From positions 146,833,513 through 146,872,513 of the forward strand of contig NC_068984.1 of the NCBI RefSeq assembly GCF_001194135.2: DNA of 39,001 bases, written 5' to 3'. A model generated the notes under the pieces. It was given only the letters and a program-made list of their open reading frames with translations, did not search any database and had not been told where the DNA came from. Below, piece by piece: positions 11,094 through 23,800 of this stretch. Both the position numbers and the translations under genes were made by a program. The stretch's first letter is position 1. Every line of letters starts with the position of its first letter. The stretch comes from Octopus bimaculoides. Taxonomy: Eukaryota.

Positions 11094-12169
11094 CGCACAC
11101 AGCCGCGTCCGAGAAAGACGGTTCTGCAATTTGTTGCTGAGCAATCTGTACAAATGATTTGTTTATAGCGATCAAATCTGTGGTGTACATTGGCTCACTC
11201 TCTCTATCAAATTGACATTACCTGAACAGGTGTACGNNNNNNNNNNNNNNNNNNNNNNNNNNNNNNNNNNNNNNNNNNNNNNNNNNNNNNNNNNNNNNNN
11301 NNNNNNNNNNNNNNNNNNNNNNNNNNNNNNNNNNNNNNNNNNNNNNNNNNNNNNNNNNNNNNNNNNNNNNNNNNNNNNNNNNNNNNNNNNNNNNNNNNNN
11401 NNNNNNNNNNNNNNNNNNNNNNNNNNNNNNNNNNNNNNNNNNNNNNNNNNNNNNNNNNNNNNNNNNNNNNNNNNNNNNNNNNNNNNNNNTATATATATAT
11501 ATATATATATATGCACGTATATATGTTTGTTATTTCACTTCAATTATTTATTTTCAAAGCTATCATTGCACAACCCTTGACACACATAATACACGTTATC
11601 GTCACAAAATCCCACTTCTAATCCACCATTTTCTTTTTTTTTTCAAAATCTTTCAATCAAATAAATTCGTCGTAAAACCACAGACACAACTCAGCCGTCG
11701 CCTGCTAAGCTTGTAGTCCTCGTAGACCTCTTTGACGTGTTCTCTTGGCAGGATATTTCAGTGTCGCGTGTATCATATCTTATATCAAGCATAAGCGATA
11801 TCGTTGAAATTCATAAGTAACAAGGAGTTCCGTAGAAGTTGTTTTTGCTAATCTCTTCTACAAGATTTAAATCTAATTTGATTTTAATGGAGAGACGGCA
11901 ATTAGAGCGAAACAAATTACTCTGTTATATTAATGGTGTTGACATCAGGCTTCGGGTTCATTCGTCAATGGCAGCGTGTCAGTTTATGAATACGAAATGT
12001 AATTGACGCATATACTTAACCCGGCCCCCTCACACACACAAACACTTTCACACCCAACCAAACACACACCCACCCACACACACATATACACAAAATTACA
12101 CACAGGCTGCTCACAAGTAAAAACATAACTACAGACAGACTTTAACGAGGGTTGCAAATAATAATTCGT

Positions 12170-12342
12170 TCTAATTTTGGCGCAAAGCCAAAAATTTTGA
12201 GAGGAGGAGGTGGGTGGTTGGTTGGAGGGAAATCGATTACATCGATCCTCGTACTTTGACTAGTATTTTATTTTGTCTACGCCGAAAGGCAAACATATCC
12301 ACGGCAGGATTTGAAACAAACTCCGCTAAGCATTTTGTCCGA
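12170..12342 (-). mobile_element. SINE-B, degraded
   Basis: AATCGATTACATCGATCC..CCGAAAGGCAAA..GGATTTGAA..CCGCTAAGCATTTTGTCCG, homologous to 13436-13636. Confidence 0.7.
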
Positions 12343-12420
12343 ATGAATTCTTTTCGCTAATTAAAAAGTGTCACGTGTACAATCACCAGTCGATCGTATT
12401 TACATGATTAGGCAATTAAA

Positions 12421-12534
12421 TGACTGAGCCGTTTGTGTAACAGACTGCTTTGCTATATTCGTTTCGGTTCTCTGCTCTCTGAGTTCAAATACGGCTGATG
12501 TCAACCTTCCCTTTCATCTTTCAGAGTCACCAAA
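12421..12534 (+). mobile_element. SINE-B, degraded 5' portion
   Basis: CTGAGTTCAAAT (B-box) followed by GTCAACCTTCCCTTTCATCTTTC. Confidence 0.6.
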
Positions 12535-12628
12535 CTATATGTAACGGAGTTGAGCATTCTCTTTCACCATATCTGTTTTCCTTTGTTTTTTTTTTTTTTT
12601 TTCTGTTTGTGTGTCTTTCTGTTTCTAG

Positions 12629-12696
12629 AAGAAATCGTCCGCGGCCATATTCGGAAAGGGATGGATTTCGCTATGTCTAAAAATACTCCGGACGCT
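12629..12696 (+). CDS. Candidate 68-nt internal exon (xEIVRGHIRKGMDFAMSKNTPDA; other frames possible)
   Basis: Long pyrimidine tract ending tttctAG (with a tandem NAGNAG), CpG-rich unique body, donor GCT/GTAAGT. Confidence 0.35.
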
Positions 12697-13149
12697 GTAA
12701 GTTATGATGCCGCCCTCACCATTCGCTCACCATTCCACTCATATTAAGACGAGTTATAATTTACTATGTAAGAGGTCGTTATTTTCTCGACCCATGAAAG
12801 ATGAAAGACATAACTTTTAACGGTTTCGGGGCGTTAAGCAGTGATGTGTATAAATGCAATGTTATTACCAGTTCAAATATGCCAGTGGCAAGTTCGAACT
12901 CGTAATCAAGCCATTCACTGTGTTTTTTTCAGCTGGAGACAAATGGTGTAAATACACCTAAAACCGCTCGCAGCGCCACCTATCCAGACTGTGAGACTAG
13001 CCAAGATTTCGTTGCTCTAAAATGTTTAAGGCCCCACTCATGCCAGATACGTTACCATTCTATGATTATCCTTTTTTTTACGATAGATCGCGTGTGGTGG
13101 CGTTTGGTCTGTTTGGGATGATACATATTTACATATCACCGACAAACTT

Positions 13150-13405
13150 ACTTGATGACAAGCGCCAACCTCTTTGCTAACATCTTTGGCCAAAATCTTG
13201 AAGTCTGCCCTTAACAGAGAGTCACGGGTCGAGAATCATGAAAGTCATCTTCGTTGCTCGGATACATTTTCAATATCACGGTCCACAGGATTGGGAATTC
13301 TCTCGTTTTGGTGCCAGACGAAGTAGACATTTGGTAAGAGACAACCAAGCGAAAGTAAAGCTCGTAGGAAAACCTATCCAGCGCCCAGTGCAGTGACCAT
13401 TGTGC
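13150..13405 (-). mobile_element. L1/Tx1-clade LINE reverse-transcriptase fragment
   Basis: Frameshifted minus-strand translation gives LD(G)LPYELYFRL ... RPVTL..ADFKILAK/VLAKRLALVI, the N-terminal RT motifs of L1/Tx1 LINEs. Confidence 0.75.
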
Positions 13406-13410
13406 CGCCT

Positions 13411-14000
13411 TAATAATAATAATAATAATGATAATAAAGGTTTAAAATTTTGCCACAAGGGCAGCCATTTTGGGGGAGGGGTAAGTCGATTACCAGTATT
13501 TCACTGGTATTTAATTTATCGACCGAATGGATAAAAGGCAAAGTCGACTTTGGCGGAATTTGAACTCAGAACGTAAAGACGGATGAAATACCGATAAGCA
13601 ATTTGTCCGGCGTGCTAAAGATTCTGCCAGCTCGCCAATAATAATATTCTTTTCTACTCTAGACACAAGGCCTGAAATTTTTGGGGAGGGGGTACTTAAT
13701 TTATCGACCCCGAAAGAATGACAGGCAAAGTCGACCTCGGCAGAATTTGAACTCAGAAAGTAAAGACAGACGAAATACCGCCAAGCGTTTCACCCGGCGT
13801 CCTACTAGAGGCATAAGGCCTGGAATCTAGGGAACGAGATTAGACGATTACATTACCAGAAAGTGTTCAACTTGTACTTATTTTATCGACCCCACCACCC
13901 CACCCGAAAAAAATGAAGAATGGAAGAATGAATGTCGAACTCGGCAAAATTTGAACACGGAATGTAAAGATCCGGATGAAATACTGCAAAGCACATTCGA
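13411..14000 (-). mobile_element. Three tandem SINE-B copies with (ATT)n tails
   Basis: Copies at about 13436-13636 (full head GGCGAGCTGGCAGAATC, B-box GAGTTCAAATTCC), 13645-13802 (internally deleted, head-truncated) and 13803-14000 (more diverged). TAA repeats at 13411-13432 and 13637-13647. Confidence 0.85.
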
Positions 14001-14199
14001 AATAATAATGAATATGTTGCGAGGGGGGAAAACCCCTGTCTATTAAGGCATGAACATTTTCAACGGTGCGCAACAGGCACATGGAACACACATTGGATTT
14101 GTTTTTACTGAGAGGAGGGGGGGTGTTTACGTCACATAAACACTTATTACCTCTCACAACCCTATACTTTAACATACGTACATATACACAGACCTATAT

Positions 14200-14237
14200 G
14201 CGTATATCTATGTATGTATGTATGTATGTATGTATAA

Positions 14238-14318
<81 letters not shown>

Positions 14319-14759
14319 TATATATATAAACACATGTATGTATACACGTGTTTGTATAGATATATATACAAATATATATATAAATACAAATCTATACATA
14401 TATACAGATATATATATATGCATGCAAACACATTCATACACATATGTATATATAATGTGTGTGTGTGTGTGTGTGTGACTAGTATAACTTGACAGGCAAG
14501 TACATCAAAGGGGCGGGCAAAATGTATAGTTGGTAGGTAGTGTATTCTGTAATTCTACAGGCTCCACACACCACGCCATCATGAAGCTCTTTTTTCCTTC
14601 GGACGATTAAACTGACTAATGTTATATGCATCAGTTAATTTACCCTCTTAATCGAGACCAGCGATAGATTCCCACATATATAATAGACGTAGATGCCTGC
14701 GTATAAAATAACATTTGCTCTCTCCCTCGCAAGCTGGCTTGCCGCCACCATCACCACCC

Positions 14760-14833
<74 letters not shown>

Positions 14834-14997
14834 ACACACACACAGACACACACAGACACACAGACACACACACACAGACACACACACACACACAGACACA
14901 TACACACACATTCATTGATACGCTAAATGGAAAGAAAAGAGTACACAATACATTATATAATGAACTTGAAAAACATTAACTGCTTACACACACACAC

Positions 14998-15077
<80 letters not shown>

Positions 15078-15180
15078 GTGCGTGTGTATGTCTGTCTGTC
15101 TGTCTATCTATCTATGTGTCTGTCTGTCTATCTATCTATCTGTCTGTATGTCTGTCTGTCTGTCTATCTATCCATCTATG
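14200..15180. repeat. Compound microsatellite cluster: (TATG)n, (TA)n, (TG)n, (CA)n, (TATC)n, (TGTC)n
   Basis: Direct reading; a short unique island lies at about 14480-14760. Confidence 0.9.
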
Positions 15181-15800
15181 TGCGCGTGTGTGTAGAAGGA
15201 GAGAGTAATGGAGAGAGAGAGAGAGAGAGGTAAACTCGCATATACACGCACGCAGATATACATAAACATTATATATATAATGTATGTATGTATGTATTGG
15301 AAAATGTGTGAAATCCTTGGTATATTTGAAAAAGGGAAGGAATGACTTCACTGGTAATTCTAATCAATTTAGTTTTTAATCATATAATTTCACAGTTTGG
15401 TCTGTAGATCCGGTATATATTAGGTTGTCAAGAAAGTTCTTGCTGAACTTTTATTTTGGGGTTTTTGCTACGAGTCTCATGGTCGGGCCATCGGCAACTC
15501 AACCGCCGGCTCACCCTATCAAGCCTGTTTAGTAAGCAGGGTGAGTTTCGTTGGCGACCTTGCAGGATGAAAACCGAAACCCTGTCAAAGAGCAGATGAA
15601 CATTGTTGAGTTAACGAACAGCTGTAGAACCACGGGCAATGATGGACCCCATCAGCGTTATTCTAGGAGAGGCATTCAACAAATTTGGTTAGAATTACAT
15701 AAGTTATTTAATTGCAGTTGGATTCGGCAACTTAATGTTTTATGGAATCGTCAAATGAACCTATCCGTCACTTGACCAGAGCGGTTCATTTGACGAGCCT

Positions 15801-15842
<42 letters not shown>

Positions 15843-15844
15843 TA

Positions 15845-15993
15845 CAGGAGTGGGTGTGTGGTAAGTAGCTTGTTTACCAGCCACATTGTTTCGGGGTCAG
15901 TCCCACTGCTTGACACCTTGAACAAGTGTCTTCTACTATAGCTTCGGGCTGTCCAAAGCCTTGTGAGTGGATTTGGTAGACGGAAACTGAAAG
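15845..15993 (+). mobile_element. SINE-A, 5' half (tRNA head plus CORE-like segment)
   Basis: CAGGAGTGGGTGTGTGGTAAG (A-box-like), GGGGTCAGTCCC (B-box-like), CACCTTGAACAAGTGTCTTCTACTATAGC, GTGGATTTGGTAGACGGAAACTGAAAGA. Confidence 0.85.
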
Positions 15994-16099
15994 ACAGCAA
16001 TTCTAACAAGGAAGGCGAGAGAAGAAATATGTGCGCACAGATATATCTGGCTTCTACAAGCAATCATTTGCATGGCCGTCGCGATGGAAGTTCAATACA

Positions 16100-16600
16100 A
16101 AGGATTTGGATCCACTACGAATACGGTCATCATTGGATTTGAGGGACAGCCATCTTCAGTATACATATCTCTGAAGGAACCCTGGAGTAATGTTACTCGA
16201 CGGAGTTCGTAGCTTGGAGATGAAGGAATTTCAACAAATTGAGACGCCACTTCTCCGCATTGGGTGGTGGTGGGGGGGGTCACGACCAAGGTATTATCGG
16301 CGTGTGGTTAGAATATCGCAGGAAAGAATTTCAAGATGGATTCTTCAAGTTATACAGGCAGAAAACCGAGGGTTAAATCAAGAATGAGATGCTTGGATTA
16401 GTTGGTTTTGCTTGGGAATCCAGCCAGGAAGTGTAATGATGGTTGTTCCTGATAGGACCTTAGGTAGGAGGTGCCAGAGGACTAACCTTACAACTCTCCC
16501 AAGAATAATTGGCGTAGAAAATGGATGGAATTGTTGAGACGTTGGAAAATAGTCTTGACCTGTCCCAAATGTGAGCAAATGTAGCCTTAACTTGGTTCAG
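16100..16600 (+). mobile_element. Possible highly decayed retroelement remnant (L1/Tx1 3' region?)
   Basis: GC-richer, multiply interrupted frames with a CPKC motif near 16560. The similarity is impressionistic only. Confidence 0.2.
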
Positions 16601-17208
16601 CCTCGTTGCTGAATAATCATACTCAGGACACATAAGCAGAACCTTTTATATGTTGTATCCACAGAGAAAAATAAGGAAATAAGTTCCAAAATCTTACTTG
16701 CAAATGAACCGTGAGGAAGAATTTCCAGAGCCTGAGTGTTAATGGAGAAATAGAGAAATATTTGGAAACCAAAACTCTGAAATGCAGAGTTTACCGCATT
16801 TGTCTAGAATCTCAAGAAACAAGTCAAACTCCAGAACTCCATTAATCATTTCAAAATAATACGTTTGTTTACAGAGTATAAATAACAGGTAATTTGTTTG
16901 AGTTGTCGTTTGCAGTCTCAATATTCTATATTAATCATTATATTGTGTTGAGAGTTGGTTGTCAATTATTCTGTTTACATTATACCAAACGATTCTTGTT
17001 ATTCCTTTGGCACATAATTTAGAGTTTCACGTTGCTACTTAAGTCATTCAGAAGAGGAATTTCCCAAACAACACTCAGTAATGTGATTATACTAATTATT
17101 GTAGATATGTTGGGTGAAGTAATTAAAAGTGAAATTATAGCTAAACGCAGATGCACGGGGAATAGGAGAATGTACGCAATCCTGTCTCTCTCACACACGC
17201 ATACATAC

Positions 17209-17239
<31 letters not shown>

Positions 17240-17295
17240 NNNNNNNNNNNNNNNNNNNNNNNNNNNNNNNNNNNNNNNNNNNNNNNNNNNNTATG

Positions 17296-17363
<68 letters not shown>

Positions 17364-17364
17364 C

Positions 17365-17417
<53 letters not shown>

Positions 17418-17836
17418 TATGGTTTCCAAATACCAATTGTCGTAGTCACTAGATCCCCTTTTAATCCAGAATATCCAATTTCTTAAAGAAAATAAATATA
17501 AATAAAGCTACAAAGATTTACATATTCTCTTGGAAATAATTAGATCGCTGTTTCACTCGATGATGTGTGTGTCTGTGTATGTATATGTGTGTGTATGTAT
17601 GTGTGTGTACATGTAAATATATAGATATATTTACATATATACACATATATGTATGTATATATACATATACATATGTGCGTGTGTGTGTATGTATATATGA
17701 AAGTGTTGCTGAAATAAATCATTTCGCGGATCAGTTCTGAATCATTTGTGAAATGGTGAGAGTTTCTGAGGAATTACTTGGAAATGGATACTGGAGAAGA
17801 TACCAATTATTGTACACCAGGTGATCTTGCAGTAGA

Positions 17837-18020
<184 letters not shown>

Positions 18021-18033
18021 AACAGCAACGACA

Positions 18034-18190
18034 TAGGTACAAGGCCTAATATTTTGGGGAAGGAGGCTATTCCATTACATCATCTACAGTCCTTGACTGG
18101 TACTTATTTTATCGACCCCGGAAGGCAAAATCAACGACGGCAGAATTCGAACAAAGCGTTTTCCCTGCCGCGCTAAAGATTCTTCCTGCC
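18034..18190 (-). mobile_element. SINE-B, internally deleted
   Basis: TAGGTACAAGGCC..TTTTGGGG..ACTGGTACTTATTTTATCGACCCCG..GGCAGAATTCGAAC. Confidence 0.7.
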
Positions 18191-18640
18191 GTCCATCGAG
18201 GTATAAAGACGAGGTATAAAGCCTTCACTGTGAACAGAAAGAGACGCAGTCGAAGTAGTGTCATTCATTCATTTCTCGGATACACAACTACAAATAAATC
18301 ACAATCTGCCCTGGCGGCATTCGATCTGTAATTGAATGAATAAGGCTATCATCACCAGGCACAGATTCTTATTACAAATATCTACCTTGACATCATATCA
18401 AGTTTACATTAATACATACATACATACATACATACATACATACATACATACATTACATTACATTACATACATACATACATACATACAAAAATGCCCTGTT
18501 GTTGATGTTGACATTCCAATGAAGGCGCTTTGAATTTAGGTTAGGAACCGGTTCTTTCTCTATTGGCAAGAAATCTTGAAATAAAACTGGATAATGACAT
18601 ACATACATACATACATACATACATACATGCATTCATTCAT

Positions 18641-18990
18641 GCAACCTCTAAGTTAAAACATAACCGGTCAGATATTGTGTGGAGCCACAAAAGAACGTAT
18701 CTGCTCTCTCGTGGAAATCAGCCACCTCCTGGAGACACTGGAGACCCTGGAGACCCAATATGGTTAGAAAAATACAGGAGTAAGAAAACGTCTATGGACC
18801 ATTGATGAGGAGTTTGCAAATCCAATACCCAAGATACACTTTCATTTTCATACTTATTTTTATTGAAGCAACAGGATATGTACCAACCAGTCTGGAGCAA
18901 AGTATGGCTGAACTTGGGATTTGTCCACGATATCCAGGACAATAAATATCTGCAAGACCTTAAGACTCAAAAGATGAAGAGCACAAGGTG
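18641..18990 (+). mobile_element. C-terminal restriction-like endonuclease fragment of an RLE-type LINE (R4/NeSL/CRE group)
   Basis: Frameshifted translation: KLKHNRSDIVW .. VEIS .. ENVYGPLMRSLQIQYPRYTF..IFIEATGYVPTSLEQSMAELG, matching the PD..E..K-Y-L and PIIIGA.G pattern. Confidence 0.75.
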
Positions 18991-19061
18991 CTTTCCTTCC
19001 ATAATTTTACTACGATGCAAAGTGGCTGGGAAAAATTAACTTTCTATTTAAAAGAGATAAT

Positions 19062-19113
<52 letters not shown>

Positions 19114-19438
19114 NNNNNNNNNNNNNNNNNNNNNNNNNNNNNNNNNNNNNNNNNNNNNNNNNNNNNNNNNNNNNNNNNNNNNNNNNNNNNNNNNNNNNNN
19201 NNNNNNNNNNNNNNNNNNNNNNNNNNNNNNNNNNNNNNNNNNNNNNNNNNNNNNNNNNNNNNNNNNNNNNNNNNNNNNNNNNNNNNNNNNNNNNNNNNNN
19301 NNNNNNNNNNNNNNNNNNNNNNNNNNNNNNNNNNNNNNNNNNNNNNNNNNNNNNNNNNNNNNNNNNNNNNNNNNNNNNNNNNNNNNNNNNNNNNNNNNNN
19401 NNNNNNNNNNNNNNNNNNNNNNNNNNNNNNNNNNNNNN

Positions 19439-19481
<43 letters not shown>

Positions 19482-19824
19482 GGGAGAGAGCCGGAGAGAG
19501 TCCATTAGTGATGAGAGGCGATTGGCTGGAAGAATGTTTTAGAGTAAACATCATATGAATGGTGTTCCATCTTGTTTTAACGTTTAAAGGTTGTTCCTTT
19601 GAACTGGCATAACACATCAGCCGACCACGTACCCCTATTAATATGATCTTCTTTACAACGAGTAACTAACAAAGCAAATACTGAAAGGGAGCGGATGTGG
19701 GGAAACAATTATGACACCAATATCAAGCCAAAGGGAGCTGCCTGGAGCCATTTAGTGCAGTTACACATACACACACAAGCACGCATGCACACACTTGTGT
19801 GGATAAACACACACACACACTTCG

Positions 19825-19875
<51 letters not shown>

Positions 19876-19939
19876 ATGTGTGCGTGTATATATATATATA
19901 TCTCTCTCTGTAGATATATACATATATACACGCGCATGC

Positions 19940-20014
<75 letters not shown>

Positions 20015-20439
20015 TGTGTATTTTTAATTTTATATCCATCCAATAGAAACGTTATATACATAACATCTTTGATCCTCTTCCTGACGCTTCCCCATTTAAT
20101 AACATTATTTAAAATAACAACACCACCGCAAACGACAACAACAACAGCAGCAACAACAACCTACAGCGTTCAATCCACCCCAGTGCTGGCTGGTTGCGTA
20201 GTGGAGTGCTCTCTAAGTACCCGTTCTCATCGCCGTTGTTCTTCGGGGTATGCCGTACACCTGTATTTTCTCGTTTCCGCCTTTATAATTCTATTAAATA
20301 CCACTTCAAAGTTACTTCTACTATTAAACTGAAACGGCCTTTCTCACACGGCCGACCTGTGTCAGTCCATCCCAGTCGGAGCTGACAAAAGACTTTCCGT
20401 CTGTTAGGCATCATTTATATAAGGAGAGAGAGAGAGAGG

Positions 20440-20471
<32 letters not shown>

Positions 20472-20479
20472 AAGAAAGT

Positions 20480-20880
20480 AATTTGTTTTTATTATTTTAT
20501 TTTAGTTTTGTTTGTGCAGGTATTTCTGTTGTTTTGTGTTCGCTGCTGTTGCAGGTGATTATTGTGGCGAAAGTGGTGGGCGATTTCTGGTTCCTTATAA
20601 CGATGATGATGATGATGATGATCGTCGTCATCATCATCATCATTGTTATCGTCATTATCATCATCCATCAGCGCCACCACCACCTCCGCCGACGCCATCA
20701 TCAACCACCACCATCATGAACAACTGCAACAGTAACAACATCAACGCCATCATATTCTTCCCTGCTGCCATCGCCATTCTGATCCTCTTCATAAGAAACA
20801 GCAGCAACAGCACTACGGTCATTTTTACCGTCGACGTCCTTGTCATCGTCTCCACCACCACCATAATCATCATCATCATC
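20480..20880. repeat. Degenerate (GAT)/(CAT)/(CAC)/(CAA) trinucleotide mosaic
   Basis: Direct reading; it gives low-complexity ORFs in several frames on both strands. Confidence 0.75.
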
Positions 20881-21002
20881 AAATTTTTTTGGCAGTTTTC
20901 TTTTGTTCTTTAACTTACTCTTAGCCCTGTGTCCTGCTCTCTCTCTCTCTTCTCTCTGTCTCTCTCACTATCTATATGTCTGATCTTTCACACACACGCA
21001 CA

Positions 21003-21043
<41 letters not shown>

Positions 21044-21589
21044 NNNNNNNNNNNNNNNNNNNNNNNNNNNNNNNNNNNNNNNNNNNNNNNNNNNNNNNNN
21101 NNNNNNNNNNNNNNNNNNNNNNNNNNNNNNNNNNNNNNNNNNNNNNNNNNNNNNNNNNNNNNNNNNNNNNNNNNNNNNNNNNNNNNNNNNNNNNNNNNNN
21201 NNNNNNNNNNNNNNNNNNNNNNNNNNNNNNNNNNNNNNNNNNNNNNNNNNNNNNNNNNNNNNNNNNNNNNNNNNNNNNNNNNNNNNNNNNNNNNNNNNNN
21301 NNNNNNNNNNNNNNNNNNNNNNNNNNNNNNNNNNNNNNNNNNNNNNNNNNNNNNNNNNNNNNNNNNNNNNNNNNNNNNNNNNNNNNNNNNNNNNNNNNNN
21401 NNNNNNNNNNNNNNNNNNNNNNNNNNNNNNNNNNNNNNNNNNNNNNNNNNNNNNNNNNNNNNNNNNNNNNNNNNNNNNNNNNNNNNNNNNNNNNNNNNNN
21501 NNNNNNNNNNNNNNNNNNNNNNNNNNNNNNNNNNNNNNNNNNNNNNNNNNNNNNNNNNNNNNNNNNNNNNNNNNNNNNNNNNNNNNNNN

Positions 21590-21623
<34 letters not shown>

Positions 21624-22181
21624 TGATTTTAAATGGCTGCTATTTTCCCCGTATCTCCACATCTACCTACATTTTGGAAGTAAACTCATGATCGAGTATA
21701 ACACATCATAAAATTGCAAATCTGTGCAAACGTTGCAAGAGTCAAGAATTTCCTGTGATTGAATTTGTTTCGAATGGATAAAGTGTTGCACAGCATTGAA
21801 TCCACGTTTCAACGCAATCGGCTTTAATAAAATCCGTGGCACAACAGAGGCTGAGGCAACCAAAAACCATCTCTACTCCAGGCCCTTTTCTTACGAGTTT
21901 ACCTTCTCCTAGAAGGAAGTTCTAACGAGAACTAAGGTCCCTTCACTGCCATTCTCAACATTCTAGTTAACCTGGCTGGAGTAGACTTGGGGGACAAAAG
22001 AGGCTAAGAAGTGATTCCATTCTCCTCAGAACTCTGGTACAACAGTATCAGGGCCTCATTGCTGGATGATGCAGTTTAAAGCCATTCCCAGAACACCTAC
22101 ATACATATATACCTACGTAGATACACATACACATACATGCATATATACAAACACGAGAATCTATGAAGTTAATTGTTCATA

Positions 22182-22213
<32 letters not shown>

Positions 22214-22540
22214 GGGTAACTGCACACAACTGAAGTTGATTTGTTCGCAATCCATTCCTTCTATCACCGATGCTTGGTTGTTTTGCTGAGTGGAACTTAA
22301 CACTTATCTTAATGTGTGTTTTACCAGGTCCTACTTTGCTCTTGAAATGAATGAATGCTCCTTGCACTTGTCGGCCACTTTATTTAATTAACTTGTAAAG
22401 ATAAACCGAACTATTAAAGATTATTTTGGTTTTATTCAAGTCTCCTGTGACACATATTTCGACATCTAGCAAATATCTTTTGTCATAGTTTTAGTCTCCT
22501 TATATTTCCTAAGATATGATTTTAGTGGGGAGAGAGAAGT

Positions 22541-22591
<51 letters not shown>

Positions 22592-23800
22592 GTGACTATA
22601 CAAAAAGTCAGAGACTGTAGATTGGGGGAATGGATCTGCCTAAGATATCAGTTAAGGATGCTGGGGGTACGGGTCTCCTCCTGCGAATTTATCAAAACGT
22701 TCGTGACACTGATGTTTTACGCTATATNNNNNNNNNNNNNNNNNNNNNNNNNNNNNNNNNNNNNNNNNNNNNNNNNNNNNNNNNNNNNNNNNNNNNNNNN
22801 NNNNNNNNNNNNNNNNNNNNNNNNNNNNNNNNNNNNNNNNNNNNNNNNNNNNNNNNNNNNNNNNNNNNNNNNNNNNNNNNNNNNNNNNNNNNNNNNNNNN
22901 NNNNNNNNNNNNNNNNNNNNNNNNNNNNNNNNNNNNNNNNNNNNNNNNNNNNNNNNNNNNNNNNNNNNNNNNNNNNNNNNNNNNNNNNNNNNNNNNNNNN
23001 NNNNNNNNNNNNNNNNNNNNNNNNNNNNNNNNNNNNNNNNNNNNNNNNNNNNNNNNNNNNNNNNNNNNNNNNNNNNNNNNNNNNNNNNNNNNNNNNNNNN
23101 NNNNNNNNNNNNNNNNNNNNNNNNNNNNNNNNNNNNNNNNNNNNNNNNNNNNNNNNNNNNNNNNNNNNNNNNNNNNNNNNNNNNNNNNNNNNNNNNNNNN
23201 NNNNNNNNNNNNNNNNNNNNNNNNNNNNNNNNNNNNNNNNNNNNNNNNNNNNNNNNNNNNNNNNNNNNNNNNNNNNNNNNNNNNNNNNNNNNNNNNNNNN
23301 NNNNNNNNNNNNNNNNNNNNNNNNNNNNNNNNNNNNNNNNNNNNNNNNNNNNNNNNNNNNNNNNNNNNNNNNNNNNNNNNNNNNNNNNNNNNNNNNNNNN
23401 NNNNNNNNNNNNNNNNNNNNNNNNNNNNNNNNNNNNNNNNNNNNNNNNNNNNNNNNNNNNNNNNNNNNNNNNNNNNNNNNNNNNNNNNNNNNNNNNNNNN
23501 NNNNNNNNNNNNNNNNNNNNNNNNNNNNNATATATATATATATATATATATACATACATATTTATACACACATACATATGCACATCCGTGTGTGTATTGC
23601 GAGGCAGGCTACATCTTTCTCGACAGGAATTTTAATGTAAAAATACGAAAATACGCAGGAAAATCCCAAGATTACAGCAGAAAATAACACATAACACACA
23701 TACACCTTAGATATAATAGCAAAGCTCTTTCTATCTGCCGCTCCGCCATGTTAACGCTTCTCTTTCGCTTTCTACTCCTGCTCGCCGCGCACACCCTTAC

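Noticed and set aside
13148-13205. Apparent minus-strand exon with a CAA/GTAAGT donor
   Set aside because: The sequence is the ADFKILAKVLAKRL motif of the L1/Tx1 fragment.
15480-15775. GC-richer block with a 74-aa ORF, possibly a retroelement 5' region
   Set aside because: No diagnostic motif was recognised, so it could not be assigned with support.
20492-20913. His/Asp/Pro-rich ORFs resembling transcription-factor low-complexity regions
   Set aside because: They derive from a trinucleotide mosaic open on both strands, with no domain.
21663-21863. 66-aa minus-strand ORF, faintly hAT-like
   Set aside because: No convincing motif or splice sites.
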